A DNA stretch of 63,786 nucleotides, counting the filler, from Candidatus Woesearchaeota archaeon (GTDB lineage: Archaea > Nanobdellota > Nanobdellia > SCGC-AAA011-G17 > CAYFGV01): the NCBI GenBank assembly GCA_964342845.1. It is 3 parts of 3 records of this genome, joined end to end, with 100 filler letters (N's around TTAATTAATTAA, not from the genome) between each part and the next. Parts side by side here need not be neighbours in the genome. Positions count along the whole stretch, not along the records: positions 1 to 28,524 come from CAYFGV010000007.1; 2 more parts are not named here. One strand, written 5' to 3'. The position numbers and the translations under genes are program-made. Position 1 is the stretch's first letter; each line of letters begins with the position of its first letter. Positions 8,084 to 18,002 of the stretch are shown here, one piece after another. Below the pieces are notes generated by a model. It was not told the origin of the DNA and did no database searches. It was given only the letters and a program-made list of their open reading frames with translations.

Positions 8084-9760
8084 TTACTTTCCTCTTTTTT
8101 GTGTGTTGTAGATTTTTTTTATTAAATTTAAGTCATTGATTTCTTCTAAAGATTTTTCAATATCTCTTCTCCTTAAGACTCTTGGAAATCTTAATGCAAA
8201 TCCTGAAGAATATTTCGGTGATTTTTGTATTTCTTCATAAGCTACTTCTAAGATAATTTTAGGTTTTATTTCTAATTCTTTTGCTTTTTGTTTTAAAATT
8301 AAAGGTTTCAGTAGTTTAGTCATTTCTTTGTAAGTTAGTCCTTCTGATTTTTCTTTAACTCCTGTTGATACTTTTCCAATTTCTAAAAATTCTTCATTAT
8401 GTTGACAAGAAAGAGTGTAACTTGTTATCCAGCCTGCTCTTTTTCCAGTCCCGTACTCTGCTTTTGTTATAACTAAATCTAAAGGTTCTAAAATTGATTT
8501 TAGTTTTAACCAGCCACCCACGTAACGACCAGGTTTGTATTTTGAGTCAAGTTTTTTTATTATTACCCCTTCTTCTCCATCTTTTAAGGCTTGTTTAAAA
8601 AATTTCATTGCTTTTGATTTATTAGAAGTTACTAATTTTTTTGTTAGAGTTATTTTTCTTGGAGTTTGTTTAATTATTTTTTCTAATAAAGCTCTTCTTT
8701 CTTTTAGTGGTTTTTCAAATAAAGATTTGTTGTTATAATATAAAATATCGAAAACATCTAATTCTACTGGAAATTGTTTAGACATTTGTTCAATGTTGTG
8801 TTTTCTTTTTATTCTTTGAGAAATTGATTGGAAAGGTAAGTATTTTTTTGTTTTTCTGTCAAATCCAACAGCTTCACAATCTATTATGAAGTTTTTTCCT
8901 TTTATGTTTTTATCTATGTGGTCTATTAGTTCTGGGAATCTTGAAGTTACATTTTCTAACCTTCTTGTGAATAAAGAGATCTTTTTGTTGTATTTGTGAG
9001 CTATAATTCTGAATCCGTCTAACTTATATTCTAATTGTAAAGTTTTTCCTAGGGCTTCAAAGCATTCTTCTATATTGTTTGCTAATAATGCCAACATTAC
9101 TTTTGTTGGTGTTCCTGGTCGGAGTTTAATATCTTTTAATTTGTTATTCTTTGCTTTTACAGCTACTTCTCCATAGTCTGCAATAACATTATATGCTTGT
9201 TCTATTTCTTTAACTTCTTTATCAAAAGCTTTTGCAATTGAGTCTCTTATTACTCCGTAGGATACGCCGATTCTTAGATCACTTAGAATTGTTCTTGTGA
9301 TGTATTTTGCTTGTTCTGGTGTTGAGGAAGTTAAGAGTTCTGTTATTAGTTGTATTTTTCTGTTTATAGTTCCTTCTCCTTCTAATGTTGAAAGTTTAGT
9401 TAAGTTGTTGGTTATTAGTTCTGTTGTGATTTTTTTTGTTGTTAATGTTGTTTGTTTTTTTGTTTTTGTTAATGATTCTGCTATTATTCCTAAATCTCCT
9501 TTTTTTGCCCATTCTTTTTCTATTTTTTCTTGGGGTGTTCCAGTTGAGTTGCTTAGGGCTTTTAGAATTAATCTAGAACTTATGCCTAGTTTTCTTTCAT
9601 CATAGTCTGGAAATATGGTTCCTTGTAAAAGGTGTGTGATATTTTTTAGTTCTTGAATTTTTATTTTTTTGAGAAAATTTGATAATATCTCTGTTTTTTC
9701 TAGTCTCTTTGTTGTTGATTCCAATGCTTTGTAGCAGTTTACTAGGTTTTGATAATCCAT
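8084..9760 (-). CDS. lig: ATP-dependent DNA ligase
   Basis: EYKLDGFR motif I, EGVIIK, WLKLK, ALRFPR. Confidence 0.97.
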   Translation of the reverse strand: MDYQNLVNCYKALESTTKRLEKTEILSNFLKKIKIQELKNITHLLQGTIFPDYDERKLGISSRLILKALSNSTGTPQEKIEKEWAKKGDLGIIAESLTKTKKQTTLTTKKITTELITNNLTKLSTLEGEGTINRKIQLITELLTSSTPEQAKYITRTILSDLRIGVSYGVIRDSIAKAFDKEVKEIEQAYNVIADYGEVAVKAKNNKLKDIKLRPGTPTKVMLALLANNIEECFEALGKTLQLEYKLDGFRIIAHKYNKKISLFTRRLENVTSRFPELIDHIDKNIKGKNFIIDCEAVGFDRKTKKYLPFQSISQRIKRKHNIEQMSKQFPVELDVFDILYYNNKSLFEKPLKERRALLEKIIKQTPRKITLTKKLVTSNKSKAMKFFKQALKDGEEGVIIKKLDSKYKPGRYVGGWLKLKSILEPLDLVITKAEYGTGKRAGWITSYTLSCQHNEEFLEIGKVSTGVKEKSEGLTYKEMTKLLKPLILKQKAKELEIKPKIILEVAYEEIQKSPKYSSGFALRFPRVLRRRDIEKSLEEINDLNLIKKIYNTQKRGK

Positions 9761-9799
9761 AGGAAAGATTTATATATTTGATTATAAAAATGTTTCTGT

Positions 9800-10339
9800 A
9801 TGGGAAGATTTAAGAGATTTAAAGATAAGAAGATTTCTAGAGGGAAATTTATTAAAATATTAGAAAAAGGGATGGAAGTTTTTGGTGTTGGTGATCTTTT
9901 GCATTGGAGGCTTTTAGTTGTTGAAGAAGGTAAGGTAGAGTTAATGAAAGGCTTGAAGAAACAAAAATGGATGTTAAATGCTTGTAAGTGGGTTTTGGTT
10001 TGTAGTGATGTTTCTGAAGTTAAAAGGTTTTTTAAGAAAGATTATGAAAATCTTATTATGCAAGATTGTGCTATGGTTTCCCAAAATATGATGTTGGAAG
10101 CTGATTCTTTGAAGGTTGGGAATAATTTTGTTAGAAGTTTTGACGAGGATAAAGTTCGTGAAATTTTAAGGATTCCAGACAGTGTGTTTATTTTTGGGTT
10201 TTTGGTTTTTGGTGTTGGAGATGGTGTTGAAGATAAATTGGTTGATTTTGATTTAGATAATTTTGTTTATTTTGACAAATATGGTGCTGGAAAGAGAGAT
10301 AGTCTTTATCCTGTTACTAAGTTTTTTAAGAAGAAATGA
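9800..10339 (+). CDS. Nitroreductase-family protein (divergent)
   Basis: WRLLVVE, QDCAMVSQNMMLEADSLKVG, FDEDKVREILRIP. Confidence 0.75.
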   Translation: MGRFKRFKDKKISRGKFIKILEKGMEVFGVGDLLHWRLLVVEEGKVELMKGLKKQKWMLNACKWVLVCSDVSEVKRFFKKDYENLIMQDCAMVSQNMMLEADSLKVGNNFVRSFDEDKVREILRIPDSVFIFGFLVFGVGDGVEDKLVDFDLDNFVYFDKYGAGKRDSLYPVTKFFKKK

Positions 10340-10377
10340 AAAGCTTTATAAAATTCTAAGATTCTTAAGTTTGAATA

Positions 10378-11727
10378 ATGAAATTTCGTACTCATACTTG
10401 CGGTCAGCTTGATAAAGGCTTTGTAGGTAAAAAGGTTAAATTAAGTGGTTTTGTGGATTCTATTAGAACTCATGGTAAAATTGGTTTTGTTAGTCTAAGA
10501 GATAGGCATGGTGTTACTCAAATATTTTTTGGGAAAGAGTTTGTTAAGGATTTAACTGAATTAAGAAGAGAGTCTGTTATTATGGTTGAAGGAATTGTTA
10601 AGAAAAGACCTCAAGCAAATAAAAAGTTAAAAACAGGCGAAGTAGAAGTTTCAGCTGATTGTTTAAATGTTTTGAATCCTGCTCCTGAATTGCCTTTAGA
10701 TTTAGATGTTGAGAGTACAGAAGAAACAAGAATGAAGTATAGATACTTAGATTTAAAGAGAGCTAAAATGCAAGATAATCTAATTATTAGACATAAAGTT
10801 ATAAAAGCTATGAGAGACTTTTTTGATAAAGATGATTTTATTGAAGTTGAAACTCCAATTTTAGCTAAATCAACTCCAGAAGGTGCAAGAGATTATTTAG
10901 TTCCTAGTAGAAAATCTAAAGGAAAGTTTTATGCTTTGCCTCAAAGTCCTCAGATTTTTAAGCAGCTGTTGATGGTTGCTGGTTTTGATAAGTATTTTCA
11001 AATTGTTAAGTGTATGAGAGATGAAGATTTAAGAGCTGATAGACAGCCTGAATTTACTCAATTAGATGTTGAGATGAGCTTTGTTACTGAAGAGGATATT
11101 TATTCAACTATGGAGAAGTGCATGAAACTTGTTTGGAAACAAGCTTTAGGTGTAGATCTTAAGATTCCCTTTGAAAGAATTACCCATAAAGAATGTATGA
11201 AGAAGTATAAGACTGATAAGCCTGATTTAAGGAAAAAGGGCGAGAAGTTTAAGTTTTTATGGGTGACTGATTTTCCTTTATTTGATTGGTGTAAAGAGAA
11301 GAAAAGACATGTTAGTGCACATCATCCTTTTACTGGGATTAGGGAAGAGCATATGTGTATGTTGGAAGATGGAAAGTTTGAAGAGATTGAGTCTAAGGCT
11401 TATGATTTAGTTTTAAATGGTGTTGAGTTGGGTTCTGGTTCTATAAGGATCCATGATAGGGAAGTTCAAAAAAAGGTGTTTAAATGCTTGGGCTTAAGTG
11501 ATAAGGAGGCTAAGGAAAAATTTGGATTTTTAATGGATGCTTTAAGGTTTGCTCCACCACACGGAGGAATTGCTTTAGGAGTGGATAGGATTGTACGTAT
11601 TGCAGCAGGGGAAGATGATATAAGAGAGGTTGTTGCTTTTCCTAAGAATAAGGATGCTAAGGATTTAATGATGGATAGTCCTTCTAAGGTTGATAAAGAA
11701 CAATTGAAGGAGTTAGGGTTAAAATGA
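10378..11727 (+). CDS. aspS: Aspartate--tRNA ligase, bacterial type lacking the GAD insertion
   Basis: RTHTCGQL, STPEGARDYLVPSR, ALPQSPQIFKQLLM, RDEDLRADRQPEFTQLD, PPHGGIALGVDR. DKPDLR is joined almost directly to WVTDFP. Confidence 0.96.
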   Translation: MKFRTHTCGQLDKGFVGKKVKLSGFVDSIRTHGKIGFVSLRDRHGVTQIFFGKEFVKDLTELRRESVIMVEGIVKKRPQANKKLKTGEVEVSADCLNVLNPAPELPLDLDVESTEETRMKYRYLDLKRAKMQDNLIIRHKVIKAMRDFFDKDDFIEVETPILAKSTPEGARDYLVPSRKSKGKFYALPQSPQIFKQLLMVAGFDKYFQIVKCMRDEDLRADRQPEFTQLDVEMSFVTEEDIYSTMEKCMKLVWKQALGVDLKIPFERITHKECMKKYKTDKPDLRKKGEKFKFLWVTDFPLFDWCKEKKRHVSAHHPFTGIREEHMCMLEDGKFEEIESKAYDLVLNGVELGSGSIRIHDREVQKKVFKCLGLSDKEAKEKFGFLMDALRFAPPHGGIALGVDRIVRIAAGEDDIREVVAFPKNKDAKDLMMDSPSKVDKEQLKELGLK

Positions 11728-13004
11728 AACCTTTAACAATTAAAGAAGCTATAAAAAAGAAAAAAGCAAGAGTTAGGGGATGGATACATAGAGAGAGAAA
11801 ATTAAAAGATAAGGTTTTTTTGGTTTTAAGGGATTCTACAGGAGTTTTACAATGTGTTATTAAAAAAGATAAAGTTAAATTTTGGGATGTTGCAAATAAG
11901 TTGTTAGTTGAAAGTTCTATTGAGTTGGAAGGTGTTATTAAAAAAGATAAAAGAGCTCCTGGTGGTTATGAGTTAGAAGTTTCTGGAATGGAAGTTTATC
12001 ATGTAGCTGAAAAATATCCTATTACTAAAGATAAGAGTATAGAATTTTTAGCTGATAAAAGACATTTATGGTTACGAAGTAGAAAGATGACTGCTATTTT
12101 AAAGATAAGGGCTAATGTTTTGAAAGCTATGAGAGAGCATTGGGATCTTAAAGGTTATCACGAATACCATAGTCCTATTTTCTTAGGTATGCAGTGTGAG
12201 GGTGGTTCGACTTTGTTTAAGGTTAATTATTATGGAGAAGATGTATACTTATCACAAACATGGCAGTTACATGCTGAACCAGCTATTTTTGCTTTAGAGA
12301 AGATTTATACTATTCAACCAGCTTTTAGAGCTGAGAAATCTAAGACTTCGAGACATTTAACTGAATTATGGATGGCTGAGATGGAAATTGCTTGGGAAGA
12401 TTTTAAGTATCTGCAAGATGATGTAGAGGGTTTGATTAAACATATTGTTAAAAAGATTTTAGAGGAGAATAGGGAAGAGCTAGAGGTTTTGGAAAGAGAT
12501 GTTAAAAAGTTAGAACCTGTTTTGAAGAAGAAATTTCCTAGGTTAACTTATACTGAAGTTTTGAAGATTTTAGAGAAAAAAGGAATGAAGACCAAATGGG
12601 GAAAGGATTTGAGAACTGTTGAAGAAGACAAATTAAGTGAGTTGTATGATATTCCTGTAATTGTTACTCATTATCCTAAGAAAGTTAAGGCTTTTTATAT
12701 GAAGGAAGATTCAGAAGATGCTAAGACTGTTTTAGGTTTTGATGTGATTGGTCCTGAAAAATATGGTGAATTAGTTGGTGCTTCTCAAAGAGAAGAAGAT
12801 ATTAATAAATTGATTTCTAATTTGAAAGAACAAGGAGAAGACCCTAAAAAGTATAATTTTTATTTTGATACAAGAAGATATGGTTCTGTTCCTCATGGAG
12901 GATATGGTGTTGGTGTTGAGAGAATCATTTCTTGGATATGTGGATTGGATAATATTAAAGATGCTATAGCTTTTCCTAGAACAATGTTAAGATTTAAGCC
13001 TTAG
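11724..13004 (+). CDS. asnS: Asparagine--tRNA ligase
   Basis: RHLWLRS, CEGGSTLFKV, FRAEKSKTSRHLTE, GELVGASQRE, RRYGSVPHGGYGVGVER. ATGA overlap with aspS. Confidence 0.93.
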   Translation: MKPLTIKEAIKKKKARVRGWIHRERKLKDKVFLVLRDSTGVLQCVIKKDKVKFWDVANKLLVESSIELEGVIKKDKRAPGGYELEVSGMEVYHVAEKYPITKDKSIEFLADKRHLWLRSRKMTAILKIRANVLKAMREHWDLKGYHEYHSPIFLGMQCEGGSTLFKVNYYGEDVYLSQTWQLHAEPAIFALEKIYTIQPAFRAEKSKTSRHLTELWMAEMEIAWEDFKYLQDDVEGLIKHIVKKILEENREELEVLERDVKKLEPVLKKKFPRLTYTEVLKILEKKGMKTKWGKDLRTVEEDKLSELYDIPVIVTHYPKKVKAFYMKEDSEDAKTVLGFDVIGPEKYGELVGASQREEDINKLISNLKEQGEDPKKYNFYFDTRRYGSVPHGGYGVGVERIISWICGLDNIKDAIAFPRTMLRFKP

Positions 13005-13362
13005 TTTTTCTTTTGTAATAGAATATGATTGTTGCTATTACTGCTATTGTTAGAATAATATATATTATTGTGTTTAATGTGCTCGGAGATTGTTGTAATG
13101 TTGATGTGTCTTGTTCTACTGGTTGATAGGTGTATTCCTGTTCACATAGGTTAGATTCTTTACAAATAGCAAAATTATCTTGTGCGCAACAGATTTCTTC
13201 TGGATTTTCACAATCTGCCTGGTATCTGCAGATTTCATGACAAACTCCATCTTCACAATACATTGTTTGTAAGAGATAACCTGTTATATTTGAACCTAAG
13301 AAATAAATTATAGTTATTAAGAATACGATGGATAAAATGGTTATTATTTGTTTTTGTTTCAT
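12994..13362 (-). CDS. Small membrane protein with a Cys-rich extracellular loop
   Basis: N- and C-terminal TM segments, 8 Cys (CRYQADC..CC..C), ITGY motif after the first TM. Confidence 0.8.
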   Translation of the reverse strand: MKQKQIITILSIVFLITIIYFLGSNITGYLLQTMYCEDGVCHEICRYQADCENPEEICCAQDNFAICKESNLCEQEYTYQPVEQDTSTLQQSPSTLNTIIYIILTIAVIATIIFYYKRKTKA

Positions 13363-13406
13363 TTAATTTATTTGGGTTTTGAGTTTTATAAAGTTTTTGT
13401 AAATAA

Positions 13407-13480
13407 TGACCCCGGCAGGATTTGAACCTGCATTATCTGGTCCGAAGCCAGAGGCACTATCCAGGTTATGCTACGGGGCC
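13407..13480 (-). tRNA. tRNA-Arg(TCG), no intron
   Basis: GGCCCCG/CGGGGTC-A acceptor, TCTGG-CTTCGGA-CCAGA anticodon arm, GGTTCAAATCC T-loop. Confidence 0.95.
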
Positions 13481-13520
13481 TTGACTGTTTTTAGAATCTT
13501 TTAGTTTATAAAAGTATTTT

Positions 13521-13853
13521 TTAAGAAGAAATAGCTACTTTCACTTTTTTAGAAAAATGATTTTCTGTTTCTTGGAAAAGTAAAGTATCATATAGTTTTA
13601 TCAATTGTTTTACTGATTGGTTTTCTTGATTTAATTTAAATAATTTAGCCCTTCCGATTGTTCTTGTTTGTTTAACAATTTTGTATTTTAAAAGGTTGCC
13701 CCATATTCTGTGTAAAGTTGTCCATCCTATGTTTGAGTTTTCAGCAATATCTGTTAGAGAGTAATCTAAGTCTCTTCCTTCTATTAAGAAATCTAAGACT
13801 CTTATTACTGGTGTGTTTCCAAGAGCTTCCCTAAAAACAGTTGTGTTTTCCAT
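13521..13853 (-). CDS. Winged-helix DNA-binding protein
   Basis: VIRVLDFL..DYSLTDIAENSNIGWTTLHRIW..RTIGRAKLFKLN. Confidence 0.85.
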   Translation of the reverse strand: MENTTVFREALGNTPVIRVLDFLIEGRDLDYSLTDIAENSNIGWTTLHRIWGNLLKYKIVKQTRTIGRAKLFKLNQENQSVKQLIKLYDTLLFQETENHFSKKVKVAISS

Positions 13854-13956
13854 AATGAATATAGAGTAACCCTTTCTATTTAAAACTTTCTATTCTGGTA
13901 TATTAATGTACCTTTATGTGAAGAAATATTTATATATAAAAATATCTTAATTTGGT

Positions 13957-14232
13957 TTGATGGAGAAAAAGGCAATTCAAGAGAAGATATTAAGAAAACT
14001 AATGTCAATGAAACCAGCTAAATGGGGAGCTTCTCATACTGAGGAAAAGAATTTAGTAAAAAGTCTGCCTTCTCATCTAAGAGGAACAAAAGTTGTTGGG
14101 AAAGCAATAAAAGAATTATACAAATTAGAATTTTTATTAAAAGCTAAGAAAACTGGTGAATGGCATGTTTCTTTAAATCCTAGGAAAGTAGAAGAGATTT
14201 ATAGGTTTTTGGGATTGCCTCAGAGAGATTGA
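13957..14232 (+). CDS. Small basic hypothetical protein (WGxxHT motif, wHTH-like)
   Basis: KWGASHTEEKNL..LPSHLRG..AIKELYK..HVSLNP. Divergent from the wHTH gene. Confidence 0.75.
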   Translation: MMEKKAIQEKILRKLMSMKPAKWGASHTEEKNLVKSLPSHLRGTKVVGKAIKELYKLEFLLKAKKTGEWHVSLNPRKVEEIYRFLGLPQRD

Positions 14233-14279
14233 TGATTTTTTAGATACATTTTTAAATAAGTTATATCTTAAATTAGAAT

Positions 14280-15710
14280 ATGGCAAAAGAAGAAGGTATT
14301 ACAGTTAAAAAAGATGAGAATTTTTCTGAGTGGTATACTCAAGTTATTCTTAAATCTGGGTTTATTGATTATACTGATGTTTCTGGATGTATTGTGTTTA
14401 GAGAGAATTGTTATGCTATTTGGGAAAATATCCAAAAAGAAGTGGATAGAAGACTAAAGAAGATAGAAATAAGAAATGTTTACTTCCCTTTATTTATACC
14501 TGAAAATCTTTTAAAGAAAGAGGCTGAGCATGTAAAAGGTTTTGCTCCAGAGGTTGCTTGGGTCACTCATGCTGGAAATACAAAATTAGATGAAAGGTTA
14601 GCTGTGAGGCCTACTTCAGAAACAATAATGTACTCTTCTTACTCAAAGTGGATAAGATCTTGGAGAGATTTACCTTTAAGATTAAACCAATGGAATTCAG
14701 TTGTGAGGTGGGAGTTCAAGCACCCTGTACCTTTGTTAAGAACAAGAGAGTTTTTATGGAATGAAGGTCATACTGTTTTTGCTACAAAAAAAGAAGCTGA
14801 AGCTGAGATGAGAACTATTATGAAATTATGGGAAACTTTTTGTAATGATTTCTTAGCTTTGCCAAATTTACCTGGGCAAAAATCTGAAAAAGAAAAATTT
14901 GCTGGTGCTGAATATACTTGGAGTTTAGAATTTGTTTTATCGAATGGAAAAGCAATTCAAGGCCCTGATGCTCATTATGACGGACAAAATTTTGCAAAAG
15001 CATTTAATATTAAATTTTTAGATAAAGATGAAAAGAAACAATATGTTTTTCAAAATACATGGGCTATAACTAGTAGGATGATTGGAATTATGTTAGCTAT
15101 TCATGGAGATGACAAAGGACTAGTATTACCTCCGAAGATTGCTTTAAATAAAGTTGTTATTGTGCCTATATTATTTAAAAAAGATAAAGAAAGGGTTTTA
15201 AAAGTTGCTAAAGAGATAAATAAGAAATTAAAGAAATATGATGCTATTTTGGATGATAGGGAAGATTACAGTGTTGGATGGAAATTTAATGAGTGGGAAT
15301 TAAAGGGTGTTCCTGTAAGAGTTGAAGTAGGACCTAATGATGTTAAGAAAAAACAAGTTGTTTTAGTTAGAAGAGATACAAGTGAAAAGAAGTTTGTTAA
15401 GATTAAAGACGTTGATAAGGAAGTTAAAAAGATTTTAGAGGATATTCAAGAGAGTTTGTTTTTAGAAGCTAAAAAGCATTTAGAAGGTTCTATTGTAAAA
15501 GTTAAAAATATTTCTGAATTGAAAAAAGCTGTTAATTCTAAGAAAATTGGAAAAGCTAACTGGTGTGGTCTTAAAAAGTGTGAAGAGAATATTAAACATA
15601 AAACAAGTGCTAAGAGTTTAAATAGTGAATTTGATGCCAAGGTTAAAGGAAAGTGTTTTGCTTGTGAAACAGAAGCTAAATATTCGACTTATTTTGGGAA
15701 GAGTTATTGA
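14280..15710 (+). CDS. proS: Proline--tRNA ligase, archaeal/eukaryal type
   Basis: FSEWY, RPTSET, RTREFLWNEGHT, WELKGVPVRVE, C-terminal Zn Cys and KSY end. Confidence 0.97.
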   Translation: MAKEEGITVKKDENFSEWYTQVILKSGFIDYTDVSGCIVFRENCYAIWENIQKEVDRRLKKIEIRNVYFPLFIPENLLKKEAEHVKGFAPEVAWVTHAGNTKLDERLAVRPTSETIMYSSYSKWIRSWRDLPLRLNQWNSVVRWEFKHPVPLLRTREFLWNEGHTVFATKKEAEAEMRTIMKLWETFCNDFLALPNLPGQKSEKEKFAGAEYTWSLEFVLSNGKAIQGPDAHYDGQNFAKAFNIKFLDKDEKKQYVFQNTWAITSRMIGIMLAIHGDDKGLVLPPKIALNKVVIVPILFKKDKERVLKVAKEINKKLKKYDAILDDREDYSVGWKFNEWELKGVPVRVEVGPNDVKKKQVVLVRRDTSEKKFVKIKDVDKEVKKILEDIQESLFLEAKKHLEGSIVKVKNISELKKAVNSKKIGKANWCGLKKCEENIKHKTSAKSLNSEFDAKVKGKCFACETEAKYSTYFGKSY

Positions 15711-16069
15711 TCTAAAATTTCTTGAGAATACTCTTTGATTTTTTTGATTGATTTTTTATATTTTTCTTTAGAAGCACAATTTATATCTGTTAATAAATTT
15801 TTAAGTATGTCTCTTTTATCCCATCTCTCTTCTATTTCTAAATCCCTTGGTTCAATCCAACCTATAGCTATGCCATGCCTAGACTTTCCAAACTCTTTAA
15901 ATCTTTCACATGCTTCTTTAATCATTGGAACTTGATAAACAGCAATATCTTGTCCATATTCCCATCTACCTAAGTACTCACAACCCAAAAGTTTTCCTAA
16001 AACATCCATAGTCTTGCTATCTACTTTTTCTTCATCTATAAACTTCACAAGTATCTGGTCTTTATCCAT
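15704..16069 (-). CDS. Hypothetical protein
   Basis: 121-aa ORF with TATA-like ATTTAAAA upstream. Confidence 0.6.
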   Translation of the reverse strand: MDKDQILVKFIDEEKVDSKTMDVLGKLLGCEYLGRWEYGQDIAVYQVPMIKEACERFKEFGKSRHGIAIGWIEPRDLEIEERWDKRDILKNLLTDINCASKEKYKKSIKKIKEYSQEILDQ

Positions 16070-16106
16070 AAGAATTGGGATTATAGGCCTTTTAAATACG
16101 TTGTTA

Positions 16107-18002
16107 TTAGAATAAATTTCTCAATAATTCAAAGAATTTAGCATAAAAAGGTGTGTTTGTTATTTCTATTTCTTTTGTTTTTTCAGTTATATATTCATTC
16201 CCATATTCATCTTCATAAGTTACTTTTATATTTATTCCCGAAAGTAATGATTTTCCTGAAGTTGATAATTTTATAGGTTTTACACCTTCTAATTCTTCTA
16301 AAGATAAAATTACTTGATTGTTGATTTCTAATTCTATATTTTTTAAAGTTGTTTCCGAAGTTAAGGAAAAGGAAATATCTGTTGAATCTGAATAATCTAG
16401 TATTGATGGAACATTAATATCTGTTATTTGTATTTCTGGGTTATATATTTGTAGAGAAATATATTTGTTTAAAGTTACATCTTCGCCTGTTATTGTTAAT
16501 ATTTTATTTTCTGGGACATCTTCTGCTTTTAGATTAAAAATTATTTCTTTTTCCTCTATTAAAGAGATAGACTGGCAATTGTTAAAGCAAATATTTAAGT
16601 CTTCTAATGGGTCTTCTGCTAAGTTTTCTAGATTACAAGTTAGAGTTAAATCTTCAAAAGAATAATAATAATCTTTATCTAGAGAACAAGAAATTGTTAA
16701 AAGATAGGAGTAAGAATCCTCTTGGGTTAATGAGTCTATTATTGAGTCTGCTTGTTCTTTGGTGAATAAAGAAAAATCATTAGAGTATGTTATAGTAGTC
16801 TCTGCTTCTGAACCAAACATGTCTTCTACTTCTATTTTTGTTTGATAAGTCTTGTAAGGTTCTGCATAAGGTATGGTAACTATCCAAAATAGTTCTTTTT
16901 CTTCGTATGGTTTTAGTGCTATTGTTTTTGAATTTTCTTCGGTTAGACCTGGGGCTGTTGTAACAAAAACATTTGTTGAAATATAATTATTTAAAGGGTT
17001 CTTTAATTTCACTCTAAAAGGAACATAGCTTTCTGGTGCAACATTATTTGTTAATAACTCTAGAGAAATATCTAAAATAGGATCAATTAAAGAATATTCT
17101 TCTTGTACTTCAGTTTCTATAGATGGAACTTCTGCAGTTATTACTAAATCTTTAGAGATAGAACTTAAAGTAATAGAAGGATCTTTTGGGTCTTGGGTTT
17201 TTGATAACTCTATGTGGCCTGGAGAAATCCAGCCATATTGAGTAAAAGTAACATCATATGGAACCCAACCATAATCTGGAAAATAAACTTCTGCCCACCC
17301 GTGATTCTGAAACGTATAATCTAAGTTTGTATAAGTTACGCCACCTACAAACCTTGCAGGAACCCCAACAGATCTTAACATTGAAATAAATAAAGCAGTT
17401 ATTTCATCACAGACCCCTTCTTTGTTCTCAAAAACCCATGAAGATTTTTGTACTGATTCTGCTGTTAATGTGTTTAAATCATAGACTATATTTTTGTTTA
17501 CCCAATCAGCTATGTTATGGACAGCTAAATATAAATCTGTTTCTTGGCTTGTTAGTTCTGATGCTTTTTCTGATATATCTTGTGTTATGTCTATTGATAT
17601 TGTTTCTAAAAGATATGTTTCAATTTCTTCTGGAATGTCTAATATTGGAAACTCTGTTTTTGGAATCTCATAGATTATGTTTTCTGTTGTTATAATTGAA
17701 TCCAGAGAATAATCCATTTGTTCTTCATAATCTTCCCAATGAAAAATTATTTGATCTTCTATATTTGTTTCTGCTTCTGGATTTGAGTTGAGTTCTAAAG
17801 TTGAATATGTTTGTCTTTCGCTTTCTCTTGGAAATAGGTAAAGAGCTAAGTCTATAGAACCCAATTCTGGATCAGTTAATTCTTCTATAATTATTGAAGA
17901 TGAGATTTCTAAAGATAAATCTAATGATGAATATTGATTGTAGTTTTCCTGAGCATAAACTAACGGAAGGATTAAGATTAAGATTAAGATTATTTTTTTC
18001 AT
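16107..18002 (-). CDS. Secreted transglutaminase-like (papain-fold) domain protein
   Basis: Signal peptide, then GVCDE, RSVGVPARFVGG, HGWAEVY, WVPYDVT (Cys-His-Asp triad). Confidence 0.9.
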   Translation of the reverse strand: MKKIILILILILPLVYAQENYNQYSSLDLSLEISSSIIIEELTDPELGSIDLALYLFPRESERQTYSTLELNSNPEAETNIEDQIIFHWEDYEEQMDYSLDSIITTENIIYEIPKTEFPILDIPEEIETYLLETISIDITQDISEKASELTSQETDLYLAVHNIADWVNKNIVYDLNTLTAESVQKSSWVFENKEGVCDEITALFISMLRSVGVPARFVGGVTYTNLDYTFQNHGWAEVYFPDYGWVPYDVTFTQYGWISPGHIELSKTQDPKDPSITLSSISKDLVITAEVPSIETEVQEEYSLIDPILDISLELLTNNVAPESYVPFRVKLKNPLNNYISTNVFVTTAPGLTEENSKTIALKPYEEKELFWIVTIPYAEPYKTYQTKIEVEDMFGSEAETTITYSNDFSLFTKEQADSIIDSLTQEDSYSYLLTISCSLDKDYYYSFEDLTLTCNLENLAEDPLEDLNICFNNCQSISLIEEKEIIFNLKAEDVPENKILTITGEDVTLNKYISLQIYNPEIQITDINVPSILDYSDSTDISFSLTSETTLKNIELEINNQVILSLEELEGVKPIKLSTSGKSLLSGINIKVTYEDEYGNEYITEKTKEIEITNTPFYAKFFELLRNLF

